Shown here piece by piece: positions 21,298 to 39,074 of a stretch of 64,000 bases of DNA (positions are counted from its first letter, which is position 1; each line of letters opens with the position of its first letter). Both the position numbers and the translations under genes were made by a program. The DNA comes from Candidatus Binataceae bacterium. GTDB lineage: Bacteria > Desulfobacterota > Binatia > Binatales > Binataceae. Under the pieces are notes generated by a model, which had not been told where the DNA came from, did not search any database, and saw only the letters and a list, made by a program, of their open reading frames with translations. The stretch lies in the NCBI GenBank assembly GCA_963803045.1, contig CAWDLC010000019.1, positions 17,542-81,541 on the forward strand. The letters are read 5' to 3'.

Positions 21298-21768
21298 TTA
21301 CCAGCGGTAGTGGGCGAACGCCTTGTTGGCGTCAGCCATTCGATGTGTGTCTTCGCGCTTCTTGACCCCGCCGCCGCGATTGGCGGCTGCGTCGAGGATT
21401 TCGGCGGCCAGCCGCTCTTCCATCGACTTCTCGCCGCGCGCGCGCGCCGCCGCAACCAGCCAGCGCATCGCCAGCGAATTGCGCCGCACCGGGCGCACTT
21501 CGCTCGGCACCTGGTAGTTGGCGCCGCCGACCCGGCGCGAGCGAACCTCGACGGCCGGACGAACATTGTCGAGCGCGCGTTTGAAGACGACCAGACCGTC
21601 TTCCTTCGAGCGTTCCGCGACGAGATCGAGCGCGTGATAGAAGATCTGCTCGGCGAGCGACTTCTTGCCGCGTTCCATCACGACGTTCATGAACTTCGCG
21701 ACGGTGCGGTCGTGATACTTGGGGTCCGCCGGAATTTCGCGGACGCGAATTTGTCCTTTGCGCGACAT
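21298..21768 (-). CDS. rpsG: 30S ribosomal protein S7
   Basis: A 156-aa intact ORF with [28 protein letters not shown]...AFAHYRW. Confidence 0.95.
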   Translation of the reverse strand: MSRKGQIRVREIPADPKYHDRTVAKFMNVVMERGKKSLAEQIFYHALDLVAERSKEDGLVVFKRALDNVRPAVEVRSRRVGGANYQVPSEVRPVRRNSLAMRWLVAAARARGEKSMEERLAAEILDAAANRGGGVKKREDTHRMADANKAFAHYRW

Positions 21769-21774
21769 ATAAGT

Positions 21775-22146
21775 CTACTTGGGCTTCTTCGACCCGTACT
21801 TGGAACGGCCCTTGCGCCGCTCCTGCACGCCGATCGAGTCGAGGGTGCCGCGAATCACGTGATAGCGAACGCCCGGCAGGTCGCGCACGCGACCGCCGCG
21901 AATCAGCACCACGGAATGCTCCTGCAGGTTGTGTCCGACGCCCGGGATATAGGTATTCACCTCGAACCCGTTGGACAGCCGCACGCGCGCGACCTTGCGC
22001 AGCGCGGAGTTGGGCTTCTTGGGCGTAGTCGTCTTCACCTGCGTGCATACGCCACGCTTCTGGGGCGAGCCTTCGAGCGCGCGCGCCTTAACCTTGAAGC
22101 GCTTTTTCACGCGCGCCTGTCGGATCAACTGGTTTATCGTCGGCAC
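21775..22146 (-). CDS. rpsL: 30S ribosomal protein S12
   Basis: The start is GTG 22146 inside ORF 21775..22296. The translation has (V)PTINQLIRQ...[22 protein letters not shown]...[15 protein letters not shown]. Confidence 0.95.
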   Translation of the reverse strand: MPTINQLIRQARVKKRFKVKARALEGSPQKRGVCTQVKTTTPKKPNSALRKVARVRLSNGFEVNTYIPGVGHNLQEHSVVLIRGGRVRDLPGVRYHVIRGTLDSIGVQERRKGRSKYGSKKPK

Positions 22147-22345
22147 GTTATAATTCTCGTTCTCTTCCGCTTCGAGCAGCGTATCCACTGGACGCTCGCC
22201 GATTCTTGAGACCGCTCGACCTTCGTTTCGCGCCGACCCGGTTCGCCGGATTGCCTCTAGTGGGACGCGGTGTTCAAACAAACCCCCCAAGGACACTTAT
22301 GCCCTTGGGGGAAACATCATTATGTACGGGACCAGGCCCCCCGTG

Positions 22346-30772
<8,427 letters not shown>

Positions 30773-30962
30773 CAGCTACCTCACCATGCGTGCGCCACAG
30801 ACTTCGGCGCGCCGCGAAGCAATACAGGACGCGGGCGCAGAGATCTCCCCCGTGCCCACGGCTTCATCGATAAAGACCGTTTGAAATCCGCGCGCGCCTG
30901 CCAGTCCTGCGCCTCGTGAATTTCCCGACCCTTTGTTGTGCGTCAAAAAGACTAAGTCCTTC

Positions 30963-31352
30963 CTACTTCAGCTCCACGCTGCCACCGGCGGCTTCGAGCT
31001 TCTTCTTGATCTCTTCGGCCTCGGCTTTGTTGACGCCTTCCTTGACCGCCTTCGGCGCTCCATCGACCAGGTCCTTGGCCTCCTTGAGGCCGAGTCCGGT
31101 CAATTCGCGCACGACCTTGATCACCTGGATCTTCTTGTCGCCCGAACCCGTCAGCACGACGTTGAACTCTTCCTTCTCGGGCGCCGCCGCGGCCGCACCG
31201 CCGGCTGCCGGAGCGGCAGCCACCGCGACCGGAGCCGCAGCCGATACGCCGAGCTCGGCCTCGAGTTCCTTAACCAGCGCCGCTGCATCGATCAGGCTCA
31301 GGTTCTTCAGATAATCCTTCACCTGATCGCGGCTGAGTTGTGCTTCTGCCAT
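30963..31352 (-). CDS. rplL: 50S ribosomal protein L7/L12
   Basis: A 129-aa intact ORF with an Ala-rich hinge and [50 protein letters not shown]. Confidence 0.95.
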   Translation of the reverse strand: MAEAQLSRDQVKDYLKNLSLIDAAALVKELEAELGVSAAAPVAVAAAPAAGGAAAAAPEKEEFNVVLTGSGDKKIQVIKVVRELTGLGLKEAKDLVDGAPKAVKEGVNKAEAEEIKKKLEAAGGSVELK

Positions 31353-31467
31353 GTTACCTTCTCTCCTTGTTCACGCATCCGGGGAGATGTGGGAGCGCCC
31401 CAGGATTTTTTTCAGTGAAAGTTTCGCCCGCGCATTTTTTGACCGCGGAATTAATTGCCTACTCAGA

Positions 31468-32022
31468 TTATCCTTGAGATGCCGTCGGCGCCGGAGCCAC
31501 CGCGCCGACGCCGTTCTTTTTTCCAATCGCGTCGATCACGCGCGCCAGGTACGAGCCCGGCTCATTCAGCAAGCGGACCAACTGGGTCGCCGGCGCATTC
31601 AATAGCCCGAGCAACTGGCCGAAAATCACCGCGCGCGGCGGCAAGGCCGCCAGCGCCTGGACTTCGGCCGGCGTGAGCGCCTTGCCGTCGAGCACCGCAC
31701 CGCGCAGCTTGAGCTTCTCGCCCAGCGGTCCGAATGACGTGAAGGTCTTGGCCAGTACGACCGGATCCTCGTAACTGAGGATCAGCCCGACCTGTCCGCC
31801 GAGGTTGCTGTCGAGCGCCTCGTAGGCCGTGCCCTTGATAGCGCGGCGGACCAGAGTGTTCTTGGCCACGCGCATCTCGCCGCGCACGGCGCGCAAGCGC
31901 TTGCGCATCTCGGTCGATTCCGCCGCCGTCATCCCGCGGTATTCGGACACAAGCGCGATACTGGCGCGGCCGAAACTCTGCGCAAGATCTTCGACCAGCG
32001 CGCTTTTCTCTGATTTCTTCAT
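31468..32022 (-). CDS. rplJ: 50S ribosomal protein L10
   Basis: A 184-aa intact ORF with KSALVEDLAQSFGRASIALVSEYRGMTAAESTEMRKRLR, located upstream of rplL. Confidence 0.9.
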   Translation of the reverse strand: MKKSEKSALVEDLAQSFGRASIALVSEYRGMTAAESTEMRKRLRAVRGEMRVAKNTLVRRAIKGTAYEALDSNLGGQVGLILSYEDPVVLAKTFTSFGPLGEKLKLRGAVLDGKALTPAEVQALAALPPRAVIFGQLLGLLNAPATQLVRLLNEPGSYLARVIDAIGKKNGVGAVAPAPTASQG

Positions 32023-32078
32023 CTAATTATACCGACCCAGCTTCAACGAACCAAAACCCGGCAGCTCCCCGCCCGACC

Positions 32079-32792
32079 TTACGCGGCCGCCGCGAGCGCC
32101 TTGGGCGCCGCCTGCGCCGTATCGACGCGCACTCCCGGGCCCATCGTCGAGGAAAGCGCGACGCTGCGAACGTAATTTCCCTTGGCGCTGGCGGGCTTGG
32201 AGCGAACGATCGCGCCGAGGATCGCGCGCACATTGTCGAGCAGCTTCTGCTCGCCGAAACTCATCTTGCCCACGCGCGCGTGCACCACGCCGGCCTTGTC
32301 CACGCGGTAGTCCACCTTGCCGGCCTTGATCTCGGCGACCGCCTTGGCGACATCAAACGTGACGGTGCCAACCTTGGGATTAGGCATCAGGCCACGGGGT
32401 CCAAGGATTTTGCCGATTCGTCCGACCTGGCCCATCATGTCGGGGGTCGCGATCACGCGGTCGAAGTCGAGCCAGTTCTCTTCCTGGATCTTCTTTATGA
32501 TCTCGTCGCCGCCGACGAAGTCCGCACCCGCCTCGCGCGCCTCGCGCTCTTTCTCGCCCTTGGCGACCACCAGCACGCGTGCAACCGCACCGGTTCCATG
32601 CGGAAGCACGATGGTGCCGCGCACGTTCTGGTCGGCCTGGCGCGGATCGACGCCGAGCCGGACTGCTATCTCGACCGTCTCGTCGAACTTGGCGACCTTG
32701 TTATCGACGACCAGCTTGACCGCTTCCTCGAGCGTGTAGCGGTGTTCGCGATCGATCTTCTTGGCCGCTTCCTTGTATTTCTTGCCTGCCAT
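32079..32792 (-). CDS. rplA: 50S ribosomal protein L1
   Basis: A 237-aa intact ORF with [33 protein letters not shown]...[15 protein letters not shown]. Confidence 0.95.
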   Translation of the reverse strand: MAGKKYKEAAKKIDREHRYTLEEAVKLVVDNKVAKFDETVEIAVRLGVDPRQADQNVRGTIVLPHGTGAVARVLVVAKGEKEREAREAGADFVGGDEIIKKIQEENWLDFDRVIATPDMMGQVGRIGKILGPRGLMPNPKVGTVTFDVAKAVAEIKAGKVDYRVDKAGVVHARVGKMSFGEQKLLDNVRAILGAIVRSKPASAKGNYVRSVALSSTMGPGVRVDTAQAAPKALAAAA

Positions 32793-32826
32793 CTTCTTGC
32801 CTGTTTAACTGCCGCTCCCGCCCAAG

Positions 32827-33252
32827 TTAATCCGTGACGTCGATGCCCATGCTGCGCGCGGTACCCGAAACGGTATTGACCGCCGCGGCCAGGTCGGCCG
32901 CGGTCAGGTCCTTGAGCTTGGTCTTGGCGATTTCCTCGACCTGCGCGCGGGTGACCTTGCCGACCTTGTTCTTGTTCGGCATCGGCGAGCCCTTTTCGAT
33001 TCCCGCCGCGCGCAGCAGCAGAATCGACGCGGGCGGGCTCTTGGTGACGAAGGTAAACGAACGGTCGGCGTAAACGGTGACTATCACCGGGATCAGCAGG
33101 CCCTGCATGTTCTGGGTCTGGGCGTTGAAGGCCTTGCAGAACTCCATGATATTGACGCCGCGCTGGCCGAGCGCCGGCCCCACCGGCGGCGAAGGATTCG
33201 CCGCGCCGGCCGGAATCTGCAGCTTGATCGATCCGACTACTTTCTTAGCCAC
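32827..33252 (-). CDS. rplK: 50S ribosomal protein L11
   Basis: A 141-aa intact ORF with [36 protein letters not shown]. Confidence 0.95.
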   Translation of the reverse strand: MAKKVVGSIKLQIPAGAANPSPPVGPALGQRGVNIMEFCKAFNAQTQNMQGLLIPVIVTVYADRSFTFVTKSPPASILLLRAAGIEKGSPMPNKNKVGKVTRAQVEEIAKTKLKDLTAADLAAAVNTVSGTARSMGIDVTD

Positions 33253-33341
33253 TTTAAAATCGTTCCTGGTTGCTCAGCCGCGAACGCCGCTTGCGCGCAC
33301 GGGCCGCGCGCATCCGGCGAATCGCGCGTTTTCTTGCTGTT

Positions 33342-33905
33342 TCAGGCCTTCTCTACCTGCACAAAGTCGAGTTCGACCGGGGTTGCGCGGCCGAAGATCG
33401 AGATCAGAACGCGCACCTTGCCCTTTTCCGGCTTGACTTCCTCGACGGTGCCGTTGAAGTCCTGGAAAGGGCCGTCGACGACTTTGATCGCCTCTCCCAC
33501 CTCGAACAGCACCTTGGGCTTGGGCCTGAGCGCCCCTTCTTCCATCTGCTGCTCGATCTCTTCGACTTCGGACATCGGAACTTCGGGCGGATTGGTGGCA
33601 TGGCCGACGAAGCCGGTAATTTTCGGCGTGTTCTTGATGACGTGCCAGGTCTCGTCGTCGAGCACCATCTGCACGAAGATGTAGCCGGGAAAAAACTTGC
33701 GGCTCGAAACCTTGCGCGCGCCGCCCTTGCCGAGTTCCTGCACGCGCTCGATAGGCACCAGCACCTTGCCTATCTTGTCTTCCTTGTGGAGCGAGCGCAC
33801 CCGTTCCTCGAGCGCGGCCTTGGCCTTGTGCTCGTAACCCGAATAGGTATGAACGACATACCATTTCATCGCGGGCTTGGCGGTTTCGGTCATCGGTTCA
33901 GTCAT
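33342..33905 (-). CDS. nusG: transcription termination/antitermination factor NusG
   Basis: The start is the internal ATG 33905 of ORF 33342..33983. It has an NGN domain (KWYVVHTYSGYEHKAKAALEERV) and a KOW domain (FEVGEAIKVVDGPFQDFNGTVEEV). Confidence 0.95.
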   Translation of the reverse strand: MTEPMTETAKPAMKWYVVHTYSGYEHKAKAALEERVRSLHKEDKIGKVLVPIERVQELGKGGARKVSSRKFFPGYIFVQMVLDDETWHVIKNTPKITGFVGHATNPPEVPMSEVEEIEQQMEEGALRPKPKVLFEVGEAIKVVDGPFQDFNGTVEEVKPEKGKVRVLISIFGRATPVELDFVQVEKA

Positions 33906-33939
33906 TTGAATGAGCGGCCCTGCGCCCGGTCGTTTGTCC

Positions 33940-34143
33940 CTAGCGGAGCAGCATCTGCACGCCGCGAACCGCGAAAAAGTCAATCACCCCGAGCCACAAA
34001 GCCATCACAAACGCCAGACCGACAACCACAATCGTGGCCTGCATGGTTTCCTTGGGCGAGGGGTAATGGACCTTGGCAAGCTCCGTCCATGCTTCCGTGA
34101 CGAAACTTACGCCCTGATTGAAGTAACTTTTCAGACTATCCAT
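33940..34143 (-). CDS. secE: preprotein translocase subunit SecE
   Basis: A 67-aa single-TM ORF (VTEAWTELAKVHYPSPKETMQATIVVVGLAFVMALWLGVID) located between tRNA-Trp and nusG. Confidence 0.9.
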   Translation of the reverse strand: MDSLKSYFNQGVSFVTEAWTELAKVHYPSPKETMQATIVVVGLAFVMALWLGVIDFFAVRGVQMLLR

Positions 34144-34198
34144 TTTTCGTGCCTAAATCAAGGACCGTGATTTACATCCGGTAAAGCCGTGTCATTTT

Positions 34199-34275
34199 TG
34201 GCGGGCCAGCCAGGATTCGAACCTGGAACCCTCGGATTTGGAGTCCGATGCTCTGCCAATTAGAGCTACTGACCC
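34199..34275 (-). tRNA. tRNA-Trp (anticodon CCA), CCA encoded
   Basis: The reverse complement is GGGTCAGTAGCTCTAATTGGCAGAGCATCGGACTCCAAATCCGAGGGTTCCAGGTTCGAATCCTGGCTGGCCCGCCA. It folds as a cloverleaf with anticodon loop CTCCAAA. Confidence 0.9.
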
Positions 34276-34375
34276 TTTTTTCAATGTACTGTCGGGCGTC
34301 GAGGCTCACTCGACCCCGAACCCATTTTTTTCAATGTACCAGCGAGCGTGAGTGGCTCACTGGAACTTGGACCCG
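34276..34375. repeat. tandem ~50-nt unit (x2): CCC(A)T6-7CAATGTAC followed by a GC-rich hairpin
   Basis: The units start at 34273 and 34321. The shared motif TTTTTTCAATGTAC occurs at 34276-34289 and 34326-34339. Hairpins follow: GTCGAGgctcaCTCGAC and CCAGCGAGcgtgagtggCTCACTGG. Confidence 0.55.
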
Positions 34376-34531
34376 TCAAGTAACCTTGCCTTCCTTGTGC
34401 ACCGTGTGCGCGCGGCACTTGGGACAGAATTTCTTGATTGAAAATTTGTCGGTTTGCGTCTTCTTGTTCTTGGTCGTCGTGTAGTTGCGCGATTTGCAAC
34501 CGTCACATGAAAGCGAAATCAGATCTCTCAT
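34376..34531 (-). CDS. rpmG: 50S ribosomal protein L33 (zinc-ribbon form)
   Basis: Not in the ORF track because it is under 60 aa. My translation is MRDLISLSCDGCKSRNYTTTKNKKTQTDKFSIKKFCPKCRAHTVHKEGKVT*. ATG is at 34529-34531 and TGA at 34376-34378. Confidence 0.85.
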   Translation of the reverse strand: MRDLISLSCDGCKSRNYTTTKNKKTQTDKFSIKKFCPKCRAHTVHKEGKVT

Positions 34532-34586
34532 TGTCGTCCGCCTCGAAAAAAAACTTTTCCGCCGCCTGCATGGCGCAAATTTGGAA

Positions 34587-34659
<73 letters not shown>

Positions 34660-34750
34660 ATTCGTGCACCGCTCAACCGGACCAATCGCTGCCCAAAAAA
34701 CTTTCGCCAAAAAAACTGCCGCCGCTTCGACCCATCGCCGATGGTTTTTT

Positions 34751-34826
34751 TGGAGCGGGAAACGGGACTCGAACCCGCGACCCCGAGCTTGGAAGGCTCG
34801 CGCTCTACCAACTGAGCTATTCCCGC
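34751..34826 (-). tRNA. tRNA-Gly (anticodon TCC), CCA encoded
   Basis: The reverse complement is GCGGGAATAGCTCAGTTGGTAGAGCGCGAGCCTTCCAAGCTCGGGGTCGCGGGTTCGAGTCCCGTTTCCCGCTCCA. Confidence 0.9.
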
Positions 34827-34852
34827 TCTCCCCTTCAAACTCACTATCATAC

Positions 34853-34938
<86 letters not shown>

Positions 34939-34961
34939 TCCCAAGGCTATCGTGCCGACCA

Positions 34962-35033
34962 AGCCGATGGCGAGAATCGAACTCGCAACCACCTGATTAC
35001 AAATCAGTTGCTCTACCGTTGAGCTACATCGGC
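34962..35033 (-). tRNA. tRNA-Thr (anticodon TGT)
   Basis: The reverse complement is GCCGATGTAGCTCAACGGTAGAGCAACTGATTTGTAATCAGGTGGTTGCGAGTTCGATTCTCGCCATCGGCT. Confidence 0.85.
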
Positions 35034-35052
35034 AAACGACGTTAAAAAGAAA

Positions 35053-35081
35053 AAGTTATTCGCCGCCGCCGCGACTGTCAA
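35053..35081 (-). promoter_or_regulatory. candidate sigma70 promoter for the tRNA cluster
   Basis: On the minus strand there is TTGACA (35076-35081), a 17-nt spacer, then TAACTT (35053-35058). It lies about 20 nt upstream of the first tRNA. Confidence 0.4.
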
Positions 35082-35236
35082 GCTGAAGAGCGTTTTAGGG
35101 TCTGTTTCTTGCATCACGGCGCGCGGGCGGCAGGTCACATTCGGCAATTGCGGCGCGAAAAAAACTCGCCCTCGCGTTCCCCAAGTGACAACGCGAACCT
35201 TGCAGCTGCTGGTACCGATCTACGACAGTGTTTGTC

Positions 35237-35602
35237 ATGGCGAAACTCAAGCCTCCTGCCAGCAGCGCCTCGATCGATCTCCAATGGGCCAGGCTTTACG
35301 CGGACCGCATCAAGGGCGAACTGAAGCTGCTTGCCAAGACGCTGTCCGACCTCAACGTGCACGGGATGCATCCGCATCTCGCCAAGGGCGCGGTACTGCT
35401 GAGAGCGCACATGAAGGAAGCCAGCCAGCAGCTTGGCGGGATGAGAAAAATCGCGAGCCAGTTCGAATCCAACTGGGTGAACACGATCAAGAAGGCGCTG
35501 GCCCGGAAGTATCCGGGTTTGGCCGAGCGCAAATCGGCCCAAGCCAAGCCGAAGGCAAAAACAACCGCCACCAGCGAATCGCGGCCGGCTCGACGGTCCT
35601 AG
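35237..35602 (+). CDS. hypothetical protein (helical, Lys/Ala-rich C-terminus)
   Basis: ATG 35237 lies within ORF 35228..35602 (MAKLKPPASSASIDLQWARLYADRIKGELKLLAKTLSDL...). I do not recognise a family. Coding status rests on ORF length only. Confidence 0.4.
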   Translation: MAKLKPPASSASIDLQWARLYADRIKGELKLLAKTLSDLNVHGMHPHLAKGAVLLRAHMKEASQQLGGMRKIASQFESNWVNTIKKALARKYPGLAERKSAQAKPKAKTTATSESRPARRS

Positions 35603-35683
35603 CTCGACAGCCTGCGGATTCGGGGAAGCCCGCGACTGGCACAGCCCGGAGGCTGCGCTCAAAGATGAACCTGTTCAGGTTTG

Positions 35684-35732
35684 TTGACAGGGGCGCGGCC
35701 AGGGTCTATAAAAGATGAATGGGTTCATCTTT
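35684..35732 (+). promoter_or_regulatory. near-consensus sigma70 promoter with overlapping dyad operator for the TetR gene
   Basis: TTGACA (35684-35689), a 17-nt spacer, then TATAAA (35707-35712). The perfect dyad AAAGATGAAtgggTTCATCTTT (35711-35732) spans the -10 element, the predicted transcription start and ATG 35719. A degenerate copy (AAAGATGAAcctgTTCAGGTTT) sits at 35660-35682. Confidence 0.55.
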
Positions 35733-36384
35733 AGATGCGCGGCCGGCCGGACTCCGCCACCGGCAGAAGCAGGAGCGCGAGCGGCGCATCGTGCAGGCCG
35801 CCGAGAAACTGTTTGCCAGGAAAGGCTACGCCAAGGCCGCGATGGAGGATGTCGCCGCGCGCGCGGGCCTCGCGGTGGGCACAATCTACAACTACTTCCC
35901 CTCCAAATCCGTCCTGCTGCTCGCGATCGTAAGGCGTGAAACGCAGTCGCTGCTGGCGCGTGGGCGGAAGATCCTTGACGATCCGCCGCGCGACCCGGTC
36001 GCGGCCGTGTCCGCGTTCACCGAGATTTTTCTCGACGACTTTACGCGTGACGACCGGCGGCTGTGGCGCGAACTGTTCGGCGCCGCGATCGCGGAGCCGT
36101 CCACTGTGGGGCAGCGACTGTTCGAAGCGGACACGCAACTCGTAACGCAGCTCGCATCGATGCTCGAGCGATACCGGAGCAACGGCGTTCTCGCGTCCGA
36201 CATGGAACCGATGACGGCGGCGACCGTGCTTTACGGTGTGTGCTTCACCTGGATGACCGCGTACCTGATGAACGACGCGATCAGCGCCGAGATGGTGCGC
36301 AGCGAAATCCGCCGCGGCACGGCGATCGCGATGCGCGGTCTGTTTCCGCGCGCGGACGCGACCTCAATTAACACGGGAGGATAG
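35719..36384 (+). CDS. TetR/AcrR family transcriptional regulator
   Basis: The N-terminal HTH is RIVQAAEKLFARKGYAKAAMEDVAARAGLAVGTIYNYFPSKSVLL. Confidence 0.9.
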   Translation: MGSSLDARPAGLRHRQKQERERRIVQAAEKLFARKGYAKAAMEDVAARAGLAVGTIYNYFPSKSVLLLAIVRRETQSLLARGRKILDDPPRDPVAAVSAFTEIFLDDFTRDDRRLWRELFGAAIAEPSTVGQRLFEADTQLVTQLASMLERYRSNGVLASDMEPMTAATVLYGVCFTWMTAYLMNDAISAEMVRSEIRRGTAIAMRGLFPRADATSINTGG

Positions 36385-36755
36385 TGGCTATGATCGAGAT
36401 TATCGAAGGCCTTCCCGACAATGTAGTGGGAATCCTGGGCAGGGGAGTGGTGACGAGAAAGGACTACCTTGAGGTGGTGATACCGGCGATAGACAAGTCG
36501 CTGAAGCGGAATGCCAAGCTGCGGCTTTATTACGATCTGGGTTCGCAATTCACCGGGATCGATTTCGGCGCCGGTTGGGAGGACTTCAAAATAGGAATTG
36601 AGCATCTTTCACGCTGGGAACGGATGGCCATCGTGACCGACGTCGCCTGGATCAGGCATCTGGTCGGCGCTCTTCGCTTTCTGATGCCCGGAGAGATGCG
36701 AGTCTTCACGACCGCCGAAGCATCAGAGGCCCGGAAATGGATCGTCGCGACGTAG
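36384..36755 (+). CDS. STAS/SpoIIAA-like (SEC14-like) domain protein
   Basis: A 123-aa ORF (MIEIIEGLPDNVVGILGRGVVTRKDYLEVVIPAIDKSLKRNAKLRLYYDLG...WERMAIVTDVAWIRH) resembles the DUF3478/SpoIIAA-like family as I recall it. Confidence 0.6.
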   Translation: MAMIEIIEGLPDNVVGILGRGVVTRKDYLEVVIPAIDKSLKRNAKLRLYYDLGSQFTGIDFGAGWEDFKIGIEHLSRWERMAIVTDVAWIRHLVGALRFLMPGEMRVFTTAEASEARKWIVAT

Positions 36756-36815
36756 GCTGATGCCGGACAGATTGCGGCATTTCGGTGATTGCCGGCATCG
36801 CCAACTGGTTGACCC

Positions 36816-37958
36816 GTGATGAAGTTTGCGATGCTGGTGTGGAGGAATCTACGCCGCGGTCCGCGGCGCACGATCCTCACTGTCCTGGCGATTGCTCTGG
36901 CGGCGTTCACGTACTCGTCGCTGTCGAGCCTTCCAAATGTCACCCGCCAAATGCTGAGCACGCCCGATTCCGCGCGGCGCATCGTGGTGATGAGCGATTC
37001 GGGATTTTTCAATCGCTTGCCCAATTCGTACAAGCGCAAAATTCTTGCGGCACCGCACGTCATTGCAGCTTCGGGACTGGTGTACTTCGGCGGAGTCTAC
37101 CGCAGTCCCAGCGACCAGCTCGGAATCGCGGTCGACGCGGACCAGGCCGAATTGATGTGGCCCGATTGGGGCGTCACCTCGGTGCGAGCCGGCGAGTTCC
37201 GCGCCAGCGCGACGGCGTGTCTCGTGCCGGCGGCGATGATGCAAAAGTACGGCTGGCACGTCGGCGAGCAGATCATCCTCAAAGGCACGATCGTGCCGGT
37301 GGACCTGACCCTGCGCATCGCCGACACGCTGGGCACCAGCGCGCCACCTGACACGTTGCTCTTTCGCCGCGACTATCTGGAACGGTCGCTGGGCGGGAGC
37401 CCGACCGTGAATGCGTATCACGTCATGCTCGATCGCGCCGATTCGGTGCCCTCGGCGATCGCGGCGATCGATGAGCTATTCTCGAACTCAGCGGCCGAGA
37501 CTCGCAGCCAATCCGAAGCGGAATGGGTTTCAAACTTCATCAACCTCGACACGCTGTTCGCGATGCTCCGGGCGATGGCGCTACTCGTAGTCGCCGCGGT
37601 CGCTCTAGTAGCACTCAACAGCGTGGTGATCGCGGTGCGCGAGCGGCGTACCGAAATTGCAATCATGCGCGCGATCGGTTTCGATCCCGCATCGATCCTG
37701 TGCCTGACGGTCGCGGAATCAACGCTGCTTGGCGTTGCGGGAGGGGTACTTGGGTGCGCGGCAACTTTTCTTATCGCGAAGATTCTGCCCTTCGCATTTT
37801 TGCCGCTGGGACCGATAGATCTGCTCGCGATCGTTTCGCCAGGAGTGATCGTGCAGGCCTTTGTCTTATCGATTGCGATTGGAGCGGCGGCGGGACTGGT
37901 CCCGGCGCTTGGTTCCGTGCGCCAATCGGTGGTCGATTCAATCCGCGCGATAGCCTAG
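36816..37958 (+). CDS. FtsX/MacB-like ABC transporter permease (no cognate ATPase adjacent)
   Basis: A 380-aa ORF with an N-terminal TM helix (WRNLRRGPRRTILTVLAIALAAF), a periplasmic domain, and a C-terminal FtsX module (VRERRTEIAIMRAIGFDPASI...). Confidence 0.8.
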   Translation: MMKFAMLVWRNLRRGPRRTILTVLAIALAAFTYSSLSSLPNVTRQMLSTPDSARRIVVMSDSGFFNRLPNSYKRKILAAPHVIAASGLVYFGGVYRSPSDQLGIAVDADQAELMWPDWGVTSVRAGEFRASATACLVPAAMMQKYGWHVGEQIILKGTIVPVDLTLRIADTLGTSAPPDTLLFRRDYLERSLGGSPTVNAYHVMLDRADSVPSAIAAIDELFSNSAAETRSQSEAEWVSNFINLDTLFAMLRAMALLVVAAVALVALNSVVIAVRERRTEIAIMRAIGFDPASILCLTVAESTLLGVAGGVLGCAATFLIAKILPFAFLPLGPIDLLAIVSPGVIVQAFVLSIAIGAAAGLVPALGSVRQSVVDSIRAIA

Positions 37959-38027
37959 TCCGCGACATTTGCAGCTTCGGGTCCGGCCGCGCGTCGCGAC
38001 ACCATAGCGCGATTATCCCCTTAGGCG

Positions 38028-38939
38028 CTAAACCGCCTGTTTCGCGGCACAGCGGCGGCGGGCGATTTCGAATAGCGCCACCGCTGCAGCGACCGACACG
38101 TTGAGCGAGCCGACTTTGCCGCGCATCGGAATGTCCACGACGAAGTCCGCGCCCTTTTTCACGATGTCGCGGACGCCGCGCCCCTCGGAGCCGACGATGA
38201 TCGCGAGCTTGCGCGAGGTGTCGAGCGCGTAGATTGAGGTAGCCCCGCCGGGCGCGAGCGCCGCAGTCCAGTAGCCCGCCTGTTTGAGCTGCTCGATCGT
38301 GCGCGCGACGTTACCGCATCGCGCGATCTTCAGATGTATCCACGCACCGGCCGACGACTTGACCGCGGCGGGGGTGATGCCCACCGTTCTGTCCCGCGCA
38401 ATAACGATCGCGCCGACGCCGGCGCCTTCCGCCGAGCGCATCAGGGCGCCCAGGTTGCGCGGATCGGTGACGCCGTCCACCAGCACAATCGGATCGGGCT
38501 GCTCGGCGAGAATCTGCTCGAGCGGCGTGTACTCGTACTCGCGCATCAGGGCCGCGATCCCCTGATGGCGAGCTGCGGGTCCCGCCAATCGCTCCAATCC
38601 GGCTTCATCGGCGAATTCGACCCGGCCTCCGCCGGTTCTGACGAGATCAATCTCAGCCGCGAAGCGCCGCTCGTCGCCGGATTTCACGTAGAGCGCTCGA
38701 ATCGAGCCGGGCGCCGAAGCCACCAGCTCGCGGATCGGTTCGACGCCATAAACTATTTCGCGGTTGCTGCCGCTTGCGTGCCGAGTCTCGCCCGCGCCCG
38801 CATCCGCACGCCGATAGTCGTGGCCCGAGGCCGGCGCCACGGCAGGTTTGGGATTGGACGCGGGCGATTGTCGGCGCGGCGGACTCGGCGCGGTGCGGTT
38901 GAAGCGGGGATTGCGGCCCTTGTCGCGAAAGTCTCTCAT
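38028..38939 (-). CDS. rlmB: TrmH/SpoU family 23S rRNA (guanosine-2'-O)-methyltransferase, RlmB-like
   Basis: It has REIVYGVEPIRELV...VDGVTDPRNLGALMRSAEGAGVGAIVI...IVGSEGRGVRD...IPMRGKVGSLNVSVAAAVALFE. The start is taken as ATG 38939 within ORF 38028..39008. Confidence 0.8.
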   Translation of the reverse strand: MRDFRDKGRNPRFNRTAPSPPRRQSPASNPKPAVAPASGHDYRRADAGAGETRHASGSNREIVYGVEPIRELVASAPGSIRALYVKSGDERRFAAEIDLVRTGGGRVEFADEAGLERLAGPAARHQGIAALMREYEYTPLEQILAEQPDPIVLVDGVTDPRNLGALMRSAEGAGVGAIVIARDRTVGITPAAVKSSAGAWIHLKIARCGNVARTIEQLKQAGYWTAALAPGGATSIYALDTSRKLAIIVGSEGRGVRDIVKKGADFVVDIPMRGKVGSLNVSVAAAVALFEIARRRCAAKQAV

Positions 38940-39074
38940 CGAGGGTGATACTATCAGAGCATCGCGCAAGTAGCTGTCCCGGTCCGCGAGAAGAAAATCG
39001 AATCGCAAGTTTCAATCGCGCGCCGGGATGTCTAGACTTGGAGGCGACTCCTTGCCGGCGGCAGGGATCAAACA

